DNA from: Phoronis australis
Lineage: Eukaryota; Animalia; Phoronida
Direction: 5' to 3'
Length of the DNA stretch: 64,000 bases
Assembly: GCA_002633005.1 (NCBI GenBank)
Contig: NMRA01000115.1
Coordinates: 432,104-496,103 of the forward strand
Positions 48,721-60,990 of this stretch are shown piece by piece (the stretch's first letter is position 1; every line of letters starts with the position of its first letter). The position numbers and the translations under genes are program-made. A model generated the notes under the pieces. It was not told the DNA's origin, searched no databases, and was given only the letters and a program-made list of their open reading frames with translations.

Positions 48721-51333
48721 ATGACGTGGATACTTGTGATCACGTGTTTCGGGTTAACTACTAGCACGTCACTGGCGCAGCCACCATCATTTACTGGAGA
48801 GTTTTCGACGTCTTCAACTAGGCTTAGCTCGCCACCTAACACCACTACCCCACCAAATGTGATTGAATGGGAAATGCTTACTCTTCCACCCCTTGCACTG
48901 GGAACGTGTGGTTCTTTAGACGATATATGCTACTGTAATAAAAGTTCGCAGAATCCCAACATGACAGACTGTGTGGGGCGGAACTGCTTCTGTGATCGAG
49001 ATTGCACGGAAAATGGTGATTGTTGCGTCGATTACGAAGAACTCCCACCAAAATACCCAGATAGTCTTCAACGGCCGTGGATTAAAAGCGTTTTGCGATG
49101 TGATTATATACAACAAATATCTAACGACAACATGCTTGTTCACATTGATCGCTGCCCACACAACTATACAGATTTAGTCGTCATACGACAGTGTCAAACA
49201 AGATTTGGAAGTCAGCTCTTTGATTGGCCTGTTATAGGCAAGCTGTCTGGCTTCTTGTACAGAAACTTTTATTGTGGAATCTGCAATGGCGAGTTTGATG
49301 TGGAATTTCTTGCTGTCCACGAGCAGTGTTATCCCGACGGTTTACAAGTTTCCAGTAGTACCAATGCATCAGAGATAGATGATGCTGTTAGGGCTAACCA
49401 GCTGGCTGTGGCTCGTAGAAAAGGGATTTCCTGCTTCAATAGGAAGTACGTGACGCAACGGGTACTAAAAACATGTAACCTAAGCGATTCGCAGACTCGC
49501 CCAAAGACTCATTCTATAGACTCATGCGCCGCTGACTGGAACAATGAAACAGTGGTGAAACTGTGCAAAAGTTATACGTCGTTTGTTTCCGTGCATCGAG
49601 TAAACGAGTGGATCTCAAACCGAAAACCATACAAAAACGTTTATTGTCTGTTATGCAATGGCCATCCGCTTGAAACCGCCGACTGTTATATCAGGAGTAC
49701 TATAGTTTTCAGTGTTATTAATCCACAGACACCACCGATATTACGTGTACCAATTCCGTCACTTCAAAAAGGGGGAATCACGTATTTCCCCATGTCAGTC
49801 CTTTTTGATGTCAATCAAGGAACAGTGCGCACGTCGTCTGATGTTGGTTTTGAGGACTTGGGCAATCGCAAAATTGAGGCTGAAGCAAAAACTATGCAAT
49901 GCCAAGACGGGTCCATGGCCTTGGCGAATACATGTGTCAAGATTTATTGTCCTAAAAACATGATTTTCAAGGAAATGAAATGTGTTGAGATAACACAAAC
50001 CACCAAGACCGTTGTGCCGATTTTTTTTGATATTCCAAAGCTCTCTGAAGTGATACGTTTTAATTCGAGCGTCGTACCTAAACACCGCCATGTTGGCGCG
50101 CTCAAAAATCTCACGAAAGAGGACCAGAAAGTTAATGTCAATGAATGCCTTTTTACGGACATTTCTTCGTTTCGGTTCCACGTTTACGATAACGACACAA
50201 TACTTTTGGAAACTCTACAGATTTACCTGGAACCGTCGAGCTATGAAAATGTGTCCGTCAATGGAACATATCAGATTCACGCTTGTTTACCTGTCGACGT
50301 TTTTGAAGGCAAAAACATAACCACGTGGAATAACAGAAGCAGAACCATTTTCACGTTCAAGTACGATTCTTCGCAAACTATGTTGTCATTCGTGGGACAA
50401 ATCATTTCGGTTACAGCACTATTTGTTCTATTAATCGTGTATTGTAGTGCACCGTCGTTACGTAATACGCCCGGCAAATGTTTGATGTGTCTCTCACTCT
50501 CACTATTTCTCGCCTTGCTTCTGCATCTAATTGGGATAGGTCGTTTGGAGCCTCACAGCTTGTGCTACGCGTTCGCAGTTCTCATCCATTACTTTTACTT
50601 GTCCTCGTTCTTTTGGATGAATATTATGTCGTTCGATATGTTTCGTGTTTTTGCCCAAAGCTTTACCAGTAGCACGTCCGAAAACGGCCGAAAAAAGTTC
50701 TTGTATTATAACACCTATGGTTGGTGCACGCCATTGATTCTTGTGATCACAGCAGTCATTATAGATCAAGTGTCGGACCCTGAGGATAGTAACTTTAGTC
50801 CTCAATATGGAATCAACTTGTGCTTCATCTCGAACAGAAACGCATTATTAGTTTACTTTGTGATCCCGCTCGGAGCATTAATTTTAGCAAACTTCATATT
50901 TTTTGCTCTGACAGCCAGAGGAATTTATCAAGCAATGAAACAAGCGAGCCGTGTGCGAAAAGCTAAGAAAGAACGATGTAAGATTTTTCTGTACCTGAAA
51001 ATATCTGTTATTATGGGTCTTACGTGGGTGTTTGGGTTCCTGTTAACCACAGCTAGTGACATTTCGTGGTTGACGTACATGTTTATTGTTCTGAACGCAT
51101 TCCAAGGATTGTTCATTTGCATTGCGTTTCTGCTTTCGAAGAAAGTTCTGAAAATATGTTGCCAGCGTTTTGGAAAGAAGTCAGCAACATCAACTTCCAA
51201 CACCAATAAACAAGGGACATACACGCTGACGACACCACTGACGTCACGTAAAGACTTGAAAAACAATTCGTCCACTGCTTCTCCAAGCTTAGCTGTGAAA
51301 ACCAATCAGAATCGGAAAGAAACGTGTATTTAA
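48721..51333 (+). CDS. Class B (secretin/adhesion/Methuselah-like) G protein-coupled receptor with SMB-like and Cys-rich ectodomain
   Basis: 870-aa uninterrupted ORF: hydrophobic signal peptide; S/T/P-rich linker; somatomedin-B-like CFCDRDCTENGDCCVDY; two YxNxYCxxCNG repeats; seven hydrophobic segments with LRNTPGK, HYFYLSSFFWM, YGW..P, CFI, MGLTWVFG, LNAFQG. Candidate splice acceptor (TTTTGGTAG, ~48697) just upstream suggests a non-coding first exon. Confidence 0.93.
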   Translation: MTWILVITCFGLTTSTSLAQPPSFTGEFSTSSTRLSSPPNTTTPPNVIEWEMLTLPPLALGTCGSLDDICYCNKSSQNPNMTDCVGRNCFCDRDCTENGDCCVDYEELPPKYPDSLQRPWIKSVLRCDYIQQISNDNMLVHIDRCPHNYTDLVVIRQCQTRFGSQLFDWPVIGKLSGFLYRNFYCGICNGEFDVEFLAVHEQCYPDGLQVSSSTNASEIDDAVRANQLAVARRKGISCFNRKYVTQRVLKTCNLSDSQTRPKTHSIDSCAADWNNETVVKLCKSYTSFVSVHRVNEWISNRKPYKNVYCLLCNGHPLETADCYIRSTIVFSVINPQTPPILRVPIPSLQKGGITYFPMSVLFDVNQGTVRTSSDVGFEDLGNRKIEAEAKTMQCQDGSMALANTCVKIYCPKNMIFKEMKCVEITQTTKTVVPIFFDIPKLSEVIRFNSSVVPKHRHVGALKNLTKEDQKVNVNECLFTDISSFRFHVYDNDTILLETLQIYLEPSSYENVSVNGTYQIHACLPVDVFEGKNITTWNNRSRTIFTFKYDSSQTMLSFVGQIISVTALFVLLIVYCSAPSLRNTPGKCLMCLSLSLFLALLLHLIGIGRLEPHSLCYAFAVLIHYFYLSSFFWMNIMSFDMFRVFAQSFTSSTSENGRKKFLYYNTYGWCTPLILVITAVIIDQVSDPEDSNFSPQYGINLCFISNRNALLVYFVIPLGALILANFIFFALTARGIYQAMKQASRVRKAKKERCKIFLYLKISVIMGLTWVFGFLLTTASDISWLTYMFIVLNAFQGLFICIAFLLSKKVLKICCQRFGKKSATSTSNTNKQGTYTLTTPLTSRKDLKNNSSTASPSLAVKTNQNRKETCI

Positions 51334-52279
51334 TTAAATACCGGTAACTATATGCACTGCATTCTGTCGACTTTTCTGGAAGAGTGGCACTGTGCATAGA
51401 TGACGTTTGACAAGCAAAATTCCGAGACTCACCTGGTTTAAGTATTTGTCGTCAACAAATGGACAGGAAAAAGATAAGGCCTTAGTGTCCTGAGTGAGTT
51501 ACAGTACACTTGTTGTTGTACCAGCTGCACGACAGCTAGACGTTTTCCAACTTCCAACCAGTGAGAATAACCGAATGTTATCTTCCAACCAATTGGAATG
51601 TCTGGATACTTTTTCCAGATTCACCACCCTCCACAGTGTTACTGTTCGTAGCAATACCCAAGGGTGTACGGTACGGTTATGTCAGATTTCAGAGTGAATG
51701 CAGTATACAGGGTATGCAGCAGAATAGATAGAACGCGCATTGTCATTTATACTCATAATCTGCTGTTAGATCGGCCTTCCGTCAAAGAAATAGTACAACT
51801 TTTGATTCAGCCCACTTACGGTTACAAAGCATAACTCGGATTGTTTCTTAGTCAGATTGGAAGGGATTTCTGACGGTTCATTGTACTTTTTAAAGGCAAT
51901 TTGTCTAAACCAAACATTTTTTACGAGACGGGCATCAACAGCATTGTGGAGGATAGTGACTCCGACGATTGGTCTGCTCATTACGCACTGCTTAAGTACT
52001 TCTTTTGAGGCTCTCTGTGTATTTCTGCAGCAACTGCCCACTGGAAACTTTAATGTCTAGTAAACTGTTTGAATACTAATGTTTAGTTTTTAAACACGTC
52101 TTGTAAGGCGTTTAGTATTATATTAGTCCTAAAGTGGTTATAAACACGGTTCTTGTGTCCAAAACAACCCTTTAGTTCTCAAGTATATTTACGCACCCTA
52201 AACGTTATCAAGTGTGGTGTGAAGCAAAAACGAGAGGGTCGTTCTTCCTGAGCCATGGGATCACTTCCTAACTGAATGG

Positions 52280-54470
52280 AGAACAAGATGAAAGCGCTCC
52301 GAGGAGCGACACTTAAATTAACAGAAAAGACGACGATAGAGATAATGACGAAGATGACGAATATGACGACGATGGTGGCGATGATGAACAATTCAAGTAA
52401 TAACAACATTCACAAGACGAACGTAGAGACCAGGGCCCGGTCTCTAATCTTTGTACTCGAAACGAACTCGACACTATTTTTGGAAATTTCTCTGCTCCTT
52501 TTGTGCGAACTTAAGATAATTGGTTATCAGACTGTGCTCGAATACATTATAGTTTATGCATAGGAGTTTCTAGTTCAAGTTTGCCCTTGAAGACCCTTAT
52601 ATTCGTGCTACAAACTCGAGTAAAAACTCGAAATTTCGAGTTCAAACTCGAACTTATTGCTTTGATATTGGGTTTGCAAACTGCGAACTAAGGGCAATAA
52701 AGTATCTAAGTAAGTTATTGTGTACTCGAGCATAGAATAATAGACACTTATCTTGAGTTCGCCGAAAAGTAGAGTAGAAAATGCCAAACCTAATTTCGAG
52801 TTCCATATTTCGAGTTCCATTTCGAGTAAAAAGATTGGAGACCGGGCCCAGACATCAGTAAGTATAGTCTGCAGTCTTGAGCGACACTTGGCGAAATTAA
52901 CTGAAAAGACGACGACGGAGAAGATGACGAAGATGACGAATATGATGACGATGGTTATGATGTTGCACAACATCACGACATTCATATGACGCACTTAGAT
53001 GTCTTGGATCCGATTATGACGAAAAACAATAGGCATCCAGTACTTCCGGAGATACAAGTTGTGAACAAATTTTGGGAAAATCGGTCAAAAAATGCGACCT
53101 GTAGAGTGCGAACAAACAAAAAAACGAGAGCGCTCGGAGGAGCGACACTTCGCGGAATTAATCGAAAAGATGACGATGGGGAGGACGACGGCAATCATGA
53201 CGATCAAGGCGGTAATTATGAATAACACGATAACATTCATGTGACTAGCGAAGAAATCAAATTGAGAGCATACAATCAACTACAATAAAGAACAATAGAT
53301 GGTGCAACATGACGGACGAGCCAGGCTTTGTTCCCACATTCCAAAATAGGTGGCGCTATGTGACAGTCTGCAGAGCAAAGTTATGTTTACAATAAGTATT
53401 TGGCCCGGAATTCTACAGTCTACACTAGGACAGTGCTGGCTGGGTCAGTCGGGGACAACTAGGCATAACCAAAACAAAGTGAACTGAAAGCCAGCCAGCT
53501 GCGTGCTTGCATAGGTGACCGAAGGTACAACGGTATCCGAAAATCTCGAATAATTCAAAAAGTAGACGTCATAGCGCAAAATGGAAAATATCTTCTGGAA
53601 GCCCGTTCAAAACTCTACTTAAAGTGATAGTTTGGCAAAAATCAAAAAAAAATTCGAAAAAATTGAAAATTTGACGTTTTTTTTTGAAATTCAAATTCAA
53701 TTAACTCGAAAACGTTAAGTCTGAGAAATACGCTCTCACAGACTTTTTGAAAGAGCATACTTCAAGAAATTCACATGGAAAAATTCATATCATTGGCTCT
53801 TCCCGTTAAAAACGAGACCCCAGAACGATTGAAAACGTGTGAGCATGAGCCACAGCCGCCATCTTGAAAGGGACTTCCGGTTAAACAAAATTTTATAGAA
53901 GCTTATTAAACTCAACAAACACGTTACCAGTTTGAAAGTGACTGGTTTGCAAATGCGCCCTCTACAGGAGAAAACGTTTTTGGCCATATTTCGGGGTGCG
54001 CATGCGCCACTACTAATATTTCTGCCATCTTTGATCGGAAGTCAACGATTTCCGGCACAGTTGTAGCACATGCGTTTTAGTATAATCGTACCGATTTTCA
54101 GCCATGTACGTCGAAAAATGCGGCACCTACCAGCATTTGACTGTGAAATCGGATACAAAATGGCCGCCACGTCAGCCATTTTGTATCCGATCATGACCAA
54201 AAACAATAGGCTTCCAGGATTTTCCGATCTACAAGTCGTGTGCAAATCGGACGAAAATTGCGACTTGTAGAGTGCGAACAAACAAAAAAAAATTGCTGTC
54301 AGACCAACATACTTGTCGGAAGAATTCCGCCAAGTAAAAAAAAATTTGACGACAGAGCAACATACTTCTCGGAATTTGAAGAATTCCGCCAAGTAAAAAC
54401 TTGCTGTCAGACCAACATACTTGGCGGAGGTCAGACCAACATACTTGGCGGAATTTATTTCGCCAAGTAA
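52280..54470 (+). repeat. Cluster of Helentron/HINE-like repeat fragments with (GAC/GAT)n tracts
   Basis: Three copies of GAGCGACACTT..AATTAA..GAAAAGA(C/T)GACGA (~52303, ~52879, ~53140). 53005-53125 matches 54182-54292. Hairpins ATCGGATACAAAATGGC/GCCATTTTGTATCCGAT and TACTTGGCG/CGCCAAGTA. The family label is inference. Confidence 0.5.
52434..52848. mobile_element. PIF/Harbinger-like MITE
   Basis: TIR GGCCCGGTCTC(T/C)AATCTTT.TACTCGAAA at both ends; CAG TSD. Confidence 0.85.
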
Positions 54471-55194
54471 TGAGACCGTTTTTAACGATTGGTGGCATAA
54501 ATCTAAGCTTGGTTTTTGACAGAAACACTATAGGGAGTGGAAAAACGTTTTGTGGTTCATAGGGTTATAGGTTCAACAATTTTGAACGTGTGTTTTTGTT
54601 ATTTTGTATCAATAAAATGTGGTGCATTCTTATTTTATATGTTTTGACGCGACACCATTTTGAAAATAGCTCATTAAAGACAAAGTATCACTTGACAGCT
54701 GATAGAGGAGATACTAAAGTCTACATTATTCAAAATCCAATACGTTGTACCGTCATATCAATTGTTGTACAAACATATCAATTGTATTAATCAACAATTG
54801 TCCGTGTAGTCCTAGTCGCTTTGCTTTTCTCACTTACATCGAGGGTTCGGTGTTTATGGGAGTGTTGGTCAGTGGGGCTCTTGAATTAGTAGTCCATCCG
54901 GCTTTCACCAGGAATTACGGATGCAACAGTGGTGAAGGTCATATTACATGTACGTTATCTTGATATAACGTCGGTGACGATACCGTCACCAAGCAATAAC
55001 TCCGATGGTTAGTTAATTTTGGACCTAAGGCCAAGAAAAGAATCAACCTGTTTATTGTCGTTCAAAAGGTAAATCACGTACTGAAAAGCATTATGAGTCT
55101 GGTGAGTCAGACGTTTTCGTCCTGTCTCTAAGGGCCTTCACAATGACTGGATTTCGTGCGTCCGGTTGTCTTGATTTAGATTTAGTGGCACTAT

Positions 55195-55660
55195 AGTAAC
55201 TCCCTCGAAGCGGACGACAAAGTCAAATCTGAAGTGAATGGAAAGTCAACGAAAAATCGCACTGGCAAGCGCAAAGAGGGCCAGAACGAGTAACAGCAAG
55301 CGGTTGCTCTGCAGCAAACTGACGGCACAGGTCGTTCGATGGAGTCAAGGGGAGTCCCCGCCGAGGGGAGCATTAAGTGAGCAGCTGGATCGGGGGGCAA
55401 AAGTTGTTTTGAGTTGGTCACCATAAACTGTCTGCTCGCCGCCCTTATGTCGAGCGTTGGGCGCATGGTTTGTTGTAGATGCTTGAGGAAGGCCGAGTCC
55501 GGCTCCATCGTACGAGCGTCGAGCGACAGAAGGAAATCTACCGGCAAGTGGAGAGGTGACCCATACACAAACTTAGCGGGAGAACAGCCCTGATCCACCC
55601 GCAATGACGAACGTACATGTATCCCCAACAAGCCAGTGGCAGTTCTGCCAACAGCGCTTT
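55195..55660 (-). pseudogene. Gypsy/Ty3 integrase C-terminal remnant
   Basis: LLGI..RSSLRVDQGCSPAKFVYGSPLHLPVDFL; purine-rich GAGGGAG then TATAGTGCCAC (possible PPT and LTR start) near 55185-55207. Confidence 0.7.
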
Positions 55661-56474
55661 GAGAGATGCCTTTAAGGAACGGTGAAAACGTTACCATTCG
55701 CCTGCGGGCGGTACGCAGTAATTGTGTGAGTAGCAGCACCCAAAACTTTAATCGCCAGAAATGTGTACTATGTATTACTGCGCAAGCGCTAAATCTTGCC
55801 CGTAGCCCTCCACAAGAAATACACAGGAACGGACTACTGTATTATCAGTTATTTAAAAGTGAAGGGAGACAACTGTATAACTTCCGATAGCCTGTAGCAG
55901 AGAATGTACATGTCAAGACTTGTTACTGCCAAATATCAGCGTTACTGGTGACGATTTATCAACGTCTCTTGATGTTTCGGCTTTGCCCTGTTCAACTTCT
56001 GCTAACGATTGTCCAGAAGACAATATTTGAGCGCACAGCTCATTTAAAAAAAAATGTGTTGGAATTAATTTCGCTATCGGATTTGCCGATAGCCTAGTTG
56101 ACGACCAGTAGTATTCAGAGGTTCCTGATCCAAATTCCTGTCTATTTTTCGAAAAAATTTCCACATTTCTTGTGCACAGAAAATGGTGGTGTGAGATGAT
56201 GTGTTACCGATCGCCTGGCTGAATGGAACTTACTCTCTGACGAAGAGTGATTAATTCATAATCGGTAACAAATTATTCTCTGTCCATCGTCTTAGAAATG
56301 CTTTCGAAGTTGGAAAAAAGCTTGAATTTATAAACAGTTATATCTTTTCGCCTGTAAGTAGGTGAATTTGAGGTTATGTTCAGAAAGTTGTTTCTTTTTT
56401 GTGATCCACAAATTATACTGGTGAAACACGAATCATTTATTTCATCATTGAATGTTTTACAATTCCTATTCTGG

Positions 56475-57825
56475 CTAGGAGACTGTGAAAAGGTGAACAT
56501 AATCACTACAGGGTCAGCGGCTGGAGGCGGATGTTCTACCAAAGGCGTCTAGTTGGGCATATTGAGAGCTTGACAGGCGCATGTCCGTAGAGAACACGAA
56601 TATAAAAGCGAACTGTCGCGGATGACGTTGGGAATGCATACTGCGGCTAAAACCACGACCGCTGGGGATTGAAAAGGGTCGGGGTTACGTCGGCTTATGA
56701 AACCACGGCCGCTTTGGGGTCTGTATAGGTTCGTCATTTCATCCGTCCATGTACTCACGGAAGCCTAGGAGACTTTGAAAAGGTGAACATAATCACTACA
56801 GTGTCAGCGGTGTCTAGTTGGGCATCTTGAGAGCTTGACAGGTGCATGTCCGTAGAGAACACGAAAAGGTGAACATAATCCTTAGGCAGATTTACGGGGA
56901 CCCAGGGCCCCCCTTGCCTGCCGCAAGCACAATGAAACAACAGCAACAGTGAGAAGAAATATTGATTTCAGCAACTAGAACTGGTAGCGAATGAGGGGGG
57001 ACTCACACCCCAGATCGCAGTCCAACGGCAGACTTTGGGGAATAGAAGATCCATAACCACGACCCCAGCAACTTAAGGTCCGCCTGTGCAGATAAAATCG
57101 CGCTTTGCCCGATTCCCCGAGGCAACATGTTGCCCCCCCTTATGCTATCCTAGATCCGCCACTGTAATCACTCCTGTGTCAGTGGCTGCGAGGTGGATGT
57201 TCTACCAAAGGTAGGTGTGTGTGCATCTTGGAAGCTTGACAGGTGGATGTCCGTAGTGAACTCGGAAATCAAAGCGAAGTGCCGCGAATGATGCGGGGAA
57301 TGCTCACTGCCGCTGAAACAACGGCCGCTGGGTAGTTGTTTCGTCGTGTTTCATTGTCTTATGAAACCCCGGCCGCTTCGGGGTCTGTAAAGTATCGTCA
57401 TCTCATCCGCCCATGAAACCACAGCCGCTCCGGGGTCTGTAAAGGATCGTCATTTCATCCGCCCATGAAACCCCGGCTGGTTCGGGGTCTGTAAAGGGTC
57501 ATGGTATCGTCCGCCCATGAAACGGCCCCTTCGCGGTATGTAAAAGGACATGATTTCACCTGCCAATAAAACAACGGCCGCTTTGAGGTTCTGTATAAGT
57601 AGTGGTTTCATCTGCGCGTGAAACCACGGCGGCTTCGGGGTCTGTAAAGGGTCGTGGTTTCACCTGTCCACGACACCACGGCCGTTTCAGAGTCTGAAAA
57701 GGGTGAGGTCCATCCGTCCACGAAACCCCTACATCTTCGAGGTCTGTAGAGGGTCATGGTTTCATCCGCCTATGATAGGGACGGTAAAGGGAAGTGGTTT
57801 TATCCGCCCATGAAACCACGGCCGG
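56475..57825. repeat. Complex tandem region ending in a 52-bp palindromic minisatellite
   Basis: Duplicated blocks at ~56475-56755, ~56765-56880 and ~57165-57410. Units start at 57361, 57413, 57465, 57517, 57566, 57618, 57670, 57720. Confidence 0.85.
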
Positions 57826-57868
57826 GATCTTGCCCTCGAAAGGAAATATCCTTCTAACTGAAAGTTTT

Positions 57869-59843
57869 CCTAATTTGTATCGATTTAGATCGAGTAGTTC
57901 TACTCGATAACGGCACGTACAGTTGCGTTACCTGACACCTGACGGCAGACGGAGGTGTTGAAATTATCCAATGACGTCATTGGTTTCACACGCAGTCTGT
58001 TCAGCAGTTCACAACACGGGTTACTGGTGTCAGCTTATCGCTTGAATTCATCATGTAACACCAATAAACAATCAAACTTCGATGTACAACCCTTAAAAAT
58101 ACACCGAGTTCTTATAAAAATGTGATGTTTTATTTTCCTGTTCGGGATTTATTGGTATTTAGACACACCGTAGCCTGCAGAGTTCGGCAGGCCAAGGTCC
58201 GTAGCAGGAGTTTGGTGTCTGTTTGGAGATAAATTCGAAGTATTTTTCCGTGAGATACAGACAGAAGAACCTAGATCTGTGTTGTTTAAACTTGTGATTT
58301 TTTGAGTTCTAAACACACAAAACGCTTGTTATCCTGGCCAGTGGCTCGGAGCCCGATCCGGCCCGTCGCGGCCGGACTGACTCGATATCGGCGGCCAGTG
58401 GCTCGGAAACCGATCAGGCCCGTCGCGGCCGGAGTGAAGACGTCACGAACATAAACCAGCCAAAGTTGGAAACTAATCTTCCAGTCAAGAAAATACTATA
58501 ATAGTGAGCCAAAGAAGAAATGTGCACGGGATTATGCTGGTGAATTAGTCACGAAACTGCAAATCTCATGACGGTGACATCCCGTTGCTCCCAACTTGTT
58601 CGATTGAATAGCTATCAACAAGTTGGGAACTTTACCCCCCGTAGCCAATTAACTCAATTCTGGCGTTGATGGCTGGAGGGAGTGCGCTCTTTTGTTTGAT
58701 AATTGCTCTAATCTCCGATCAGATCGTATCTAGCCTAACTGGGGTGGGCTGATAAAAATGAAAGTTAAGTTAAGCCAGATATTATCGCACGTTCAGCACC
58801 CCTCACGTCTGGAAAAGTTACTGAACGACAGGAAGCTGTAATGTACTTACTCGTCGGGGGCCGCTGATTAAGGTTCCGCTTTGGCCACAGAACCGTCAGG
58901 GCAGAAGTTGTACATTGACAATCATTATTTGAATGATGTAAATGTAAATAAAGATTCCTCTAACACCCGACCGTGGAATAGAAATCGAGTTGTTTCACAA
59001 CAGTTTCTGTCAGAAAACACTGAATAACCACGGCCTCGGTGTCCCGGTGTCCCGTCAACTAGTTTTATTGCACCTAAAATTGGTAACGCAGTAATTTATT
59101 CATTGCTGGCTTCTCAAATTCGTCACGAGCACTCCAAATGCTTTACAAATTGCATCTAATGAGGCAGAATTTGTTTCAGTTTTATACACTCTGTAAGTTT
59201 TGGTTAGGATGAGAATGATTCATTTTGAGACAGAACGCTCAGTAATAAAAGGTGTCAACATGGCAACTCGCAATCCCGACTAAGACGATAGCTCATCCCG
59301 GCGACGAAAACTTCGCAGGTGGAACGGTTAAGTTTCACAAGCTATCAGCTCGAACCGGAAGACAGTGATGAAGAAATACTAGAGAGGCGCCGTGAACAAG
59401 CTCAGACAACGGAACGTATGGATAGTTTGGTAAGCCGTTAATCGTCAGGCACTGTCGACGACTGCAGGCTACAGACACGGAGATGTTTCACAGCCTCATA
59501 CTTGCTATTTACAGAGTACTTTTCATTCTCCACTACTGCGAGTCACTTCCTAAGCATATCGTACTATCGAGGAAGTCGAAAAAACGATATACCCGCTTTC
59601 CTCGCAGCTGCATAGCTCGGACAAGAACGAACGATGCTCCGCAACACAGCGGCATTCACTCTGAAAATGAACCACTGACGTCCCTGCTTCGATTCTCACC
59701 TTCCTCACAGGTCAATGCGAAACCTCTCGGCAAGGTAAGGTCGATCGTATGCGAGGCGATGTGGATGTAGATCGATTAAGACGCCAAAAATGACTAATTA
59801 AATCGGGTGGAATTCTCCTTTTTAAATCGGGTGGCATTCTCCT
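57869..59843 (-). mobile_element. Non-autonomous Kolobok-like element with THAP remnant, copy B
   Basis: Reverse complement of 14757-16976; ends GGGTGGCATTCTCCT|TTAA; the other terminus is lost. THAP-like GISFFRLPR...LRVCSL on the minus strand. Confidence 0.8.
58567..58843. mobile_element. Unclassified CAT...ATG module with 1-bp TSD (T), in copy B
   Basis: Homologous to 15495-16049 on the same (+) strand although its host is inverted. Absent at the equivalent site of copy A (~16275-16292). Confidence 0.75.
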
Positions 59844-60639
59844 TTAAAGGCGGCAGAACCTGGAGATCAGTTGAAATAACGGTCGAAGTGCTGAAGTATG
59901 TCAGCGACAGAGACGGGCTTACCTGCATGAAGCTTTAAATTAAGACTTAGGAGAGAGTACTTCGTTATGCCTGATTAAAAATATTTCGTATTTTATTTAA
60001 CTTGCAGATGACATCTTAATTTTGTAGTGATATGTTTCAATCTGGTCCAACTTTAACATTCTGTTAAGTGTTTTTCAAAATTTATACTGCTTGAGCCCGA
60101 GTTATTATGAAGACGCGGTGTAGAGAGACATCTTAAACTTGCATAAAAATCTTAGAGTAGTAAGAAATGTATTGTTACAGCTGCTACGCATGCTTAAAAT
60201 CCCAGCGGTCAATATTACATAGTTTGATTAAAATTCAATTTCTTATTGCAGTATTTACGATTAATTGCTTGCTACTTGGATGTTTATTTAGGCACAAAAC
60301 AATATTTTAGTATATTGATTTACATCTGATGTCCTGTGTTTTACATGGTGCCCCACGGATTCCTGTTTAAGTACATCCGGCAAGGGTTTTAGTTGTATTT
60401 TACCAGATGTTTAGCTTGCTTTGCCTAATTCTTGTAATAACAAAATTACTGCAAGTGGTCGATTTGAAAGATTGAAACATCATTCCCAGTAAAACTGGAT
60501 TCACATATTAAGTGTAATATGTTCACATTTTTAACCATTATCTTCCATACAAGTACATGTTAGATTTCCAACAACCCGGGGGACTCCAGTGAGAAAACCC
60601 ATTATAGAACCAGTTGCAGGTGAAGTCTCGTGATAATGG

Positions 60640-60990
60640 GACCTATAAAAATTGACGGGCCACTGTAACGTAGCCCGACACAGACTCATTACTGGGCATA
60701 TGGGGAAGCCAGTGTGTCCCGAGTATGATACTGAAGTAGAATTCCCTAAACACTTGGTAGAGTCCTGCCCAGCTTCTTATAAGCTGAGAAGCAACCTAGT
60801 GGATGACACTGTTAATGTACATGTTGCCTACAACTTAGAGTGAGTGCATGGCAACGTATGGAAACGTCTGTCCGTTTTCTTAAAGGAGACTGGCACACTT
60901 GAAAACTTCTTTCACGAAGAACCATAATGAGGTTCTCGTGCTGTAGCTCACGTGTTTTGTGCAATGGGCCCCACCATGAGGCCTGCGCAC
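60640..60990 (+). mobile_element. 3' fragment of an I/R1/LOA-group LINE
   Basis: LTGHCNVARH...G....C.....E...HLVESCPA...R resembles the C-terminal CCHC region of these LINEs. Confidence 0.5.

Noticed and set aside
52179-53279. Several 60-130 aa ORFs, some hydrophobic
   Set aside because: Produced by (GAC/GAT)n tracts and a MITE.
57361-57825. CRISPR-like array of palindromic repeats
   Set aside because: The loops are homologous rather than unique spacers, there are no cas genes, and the context is eukaryotic.
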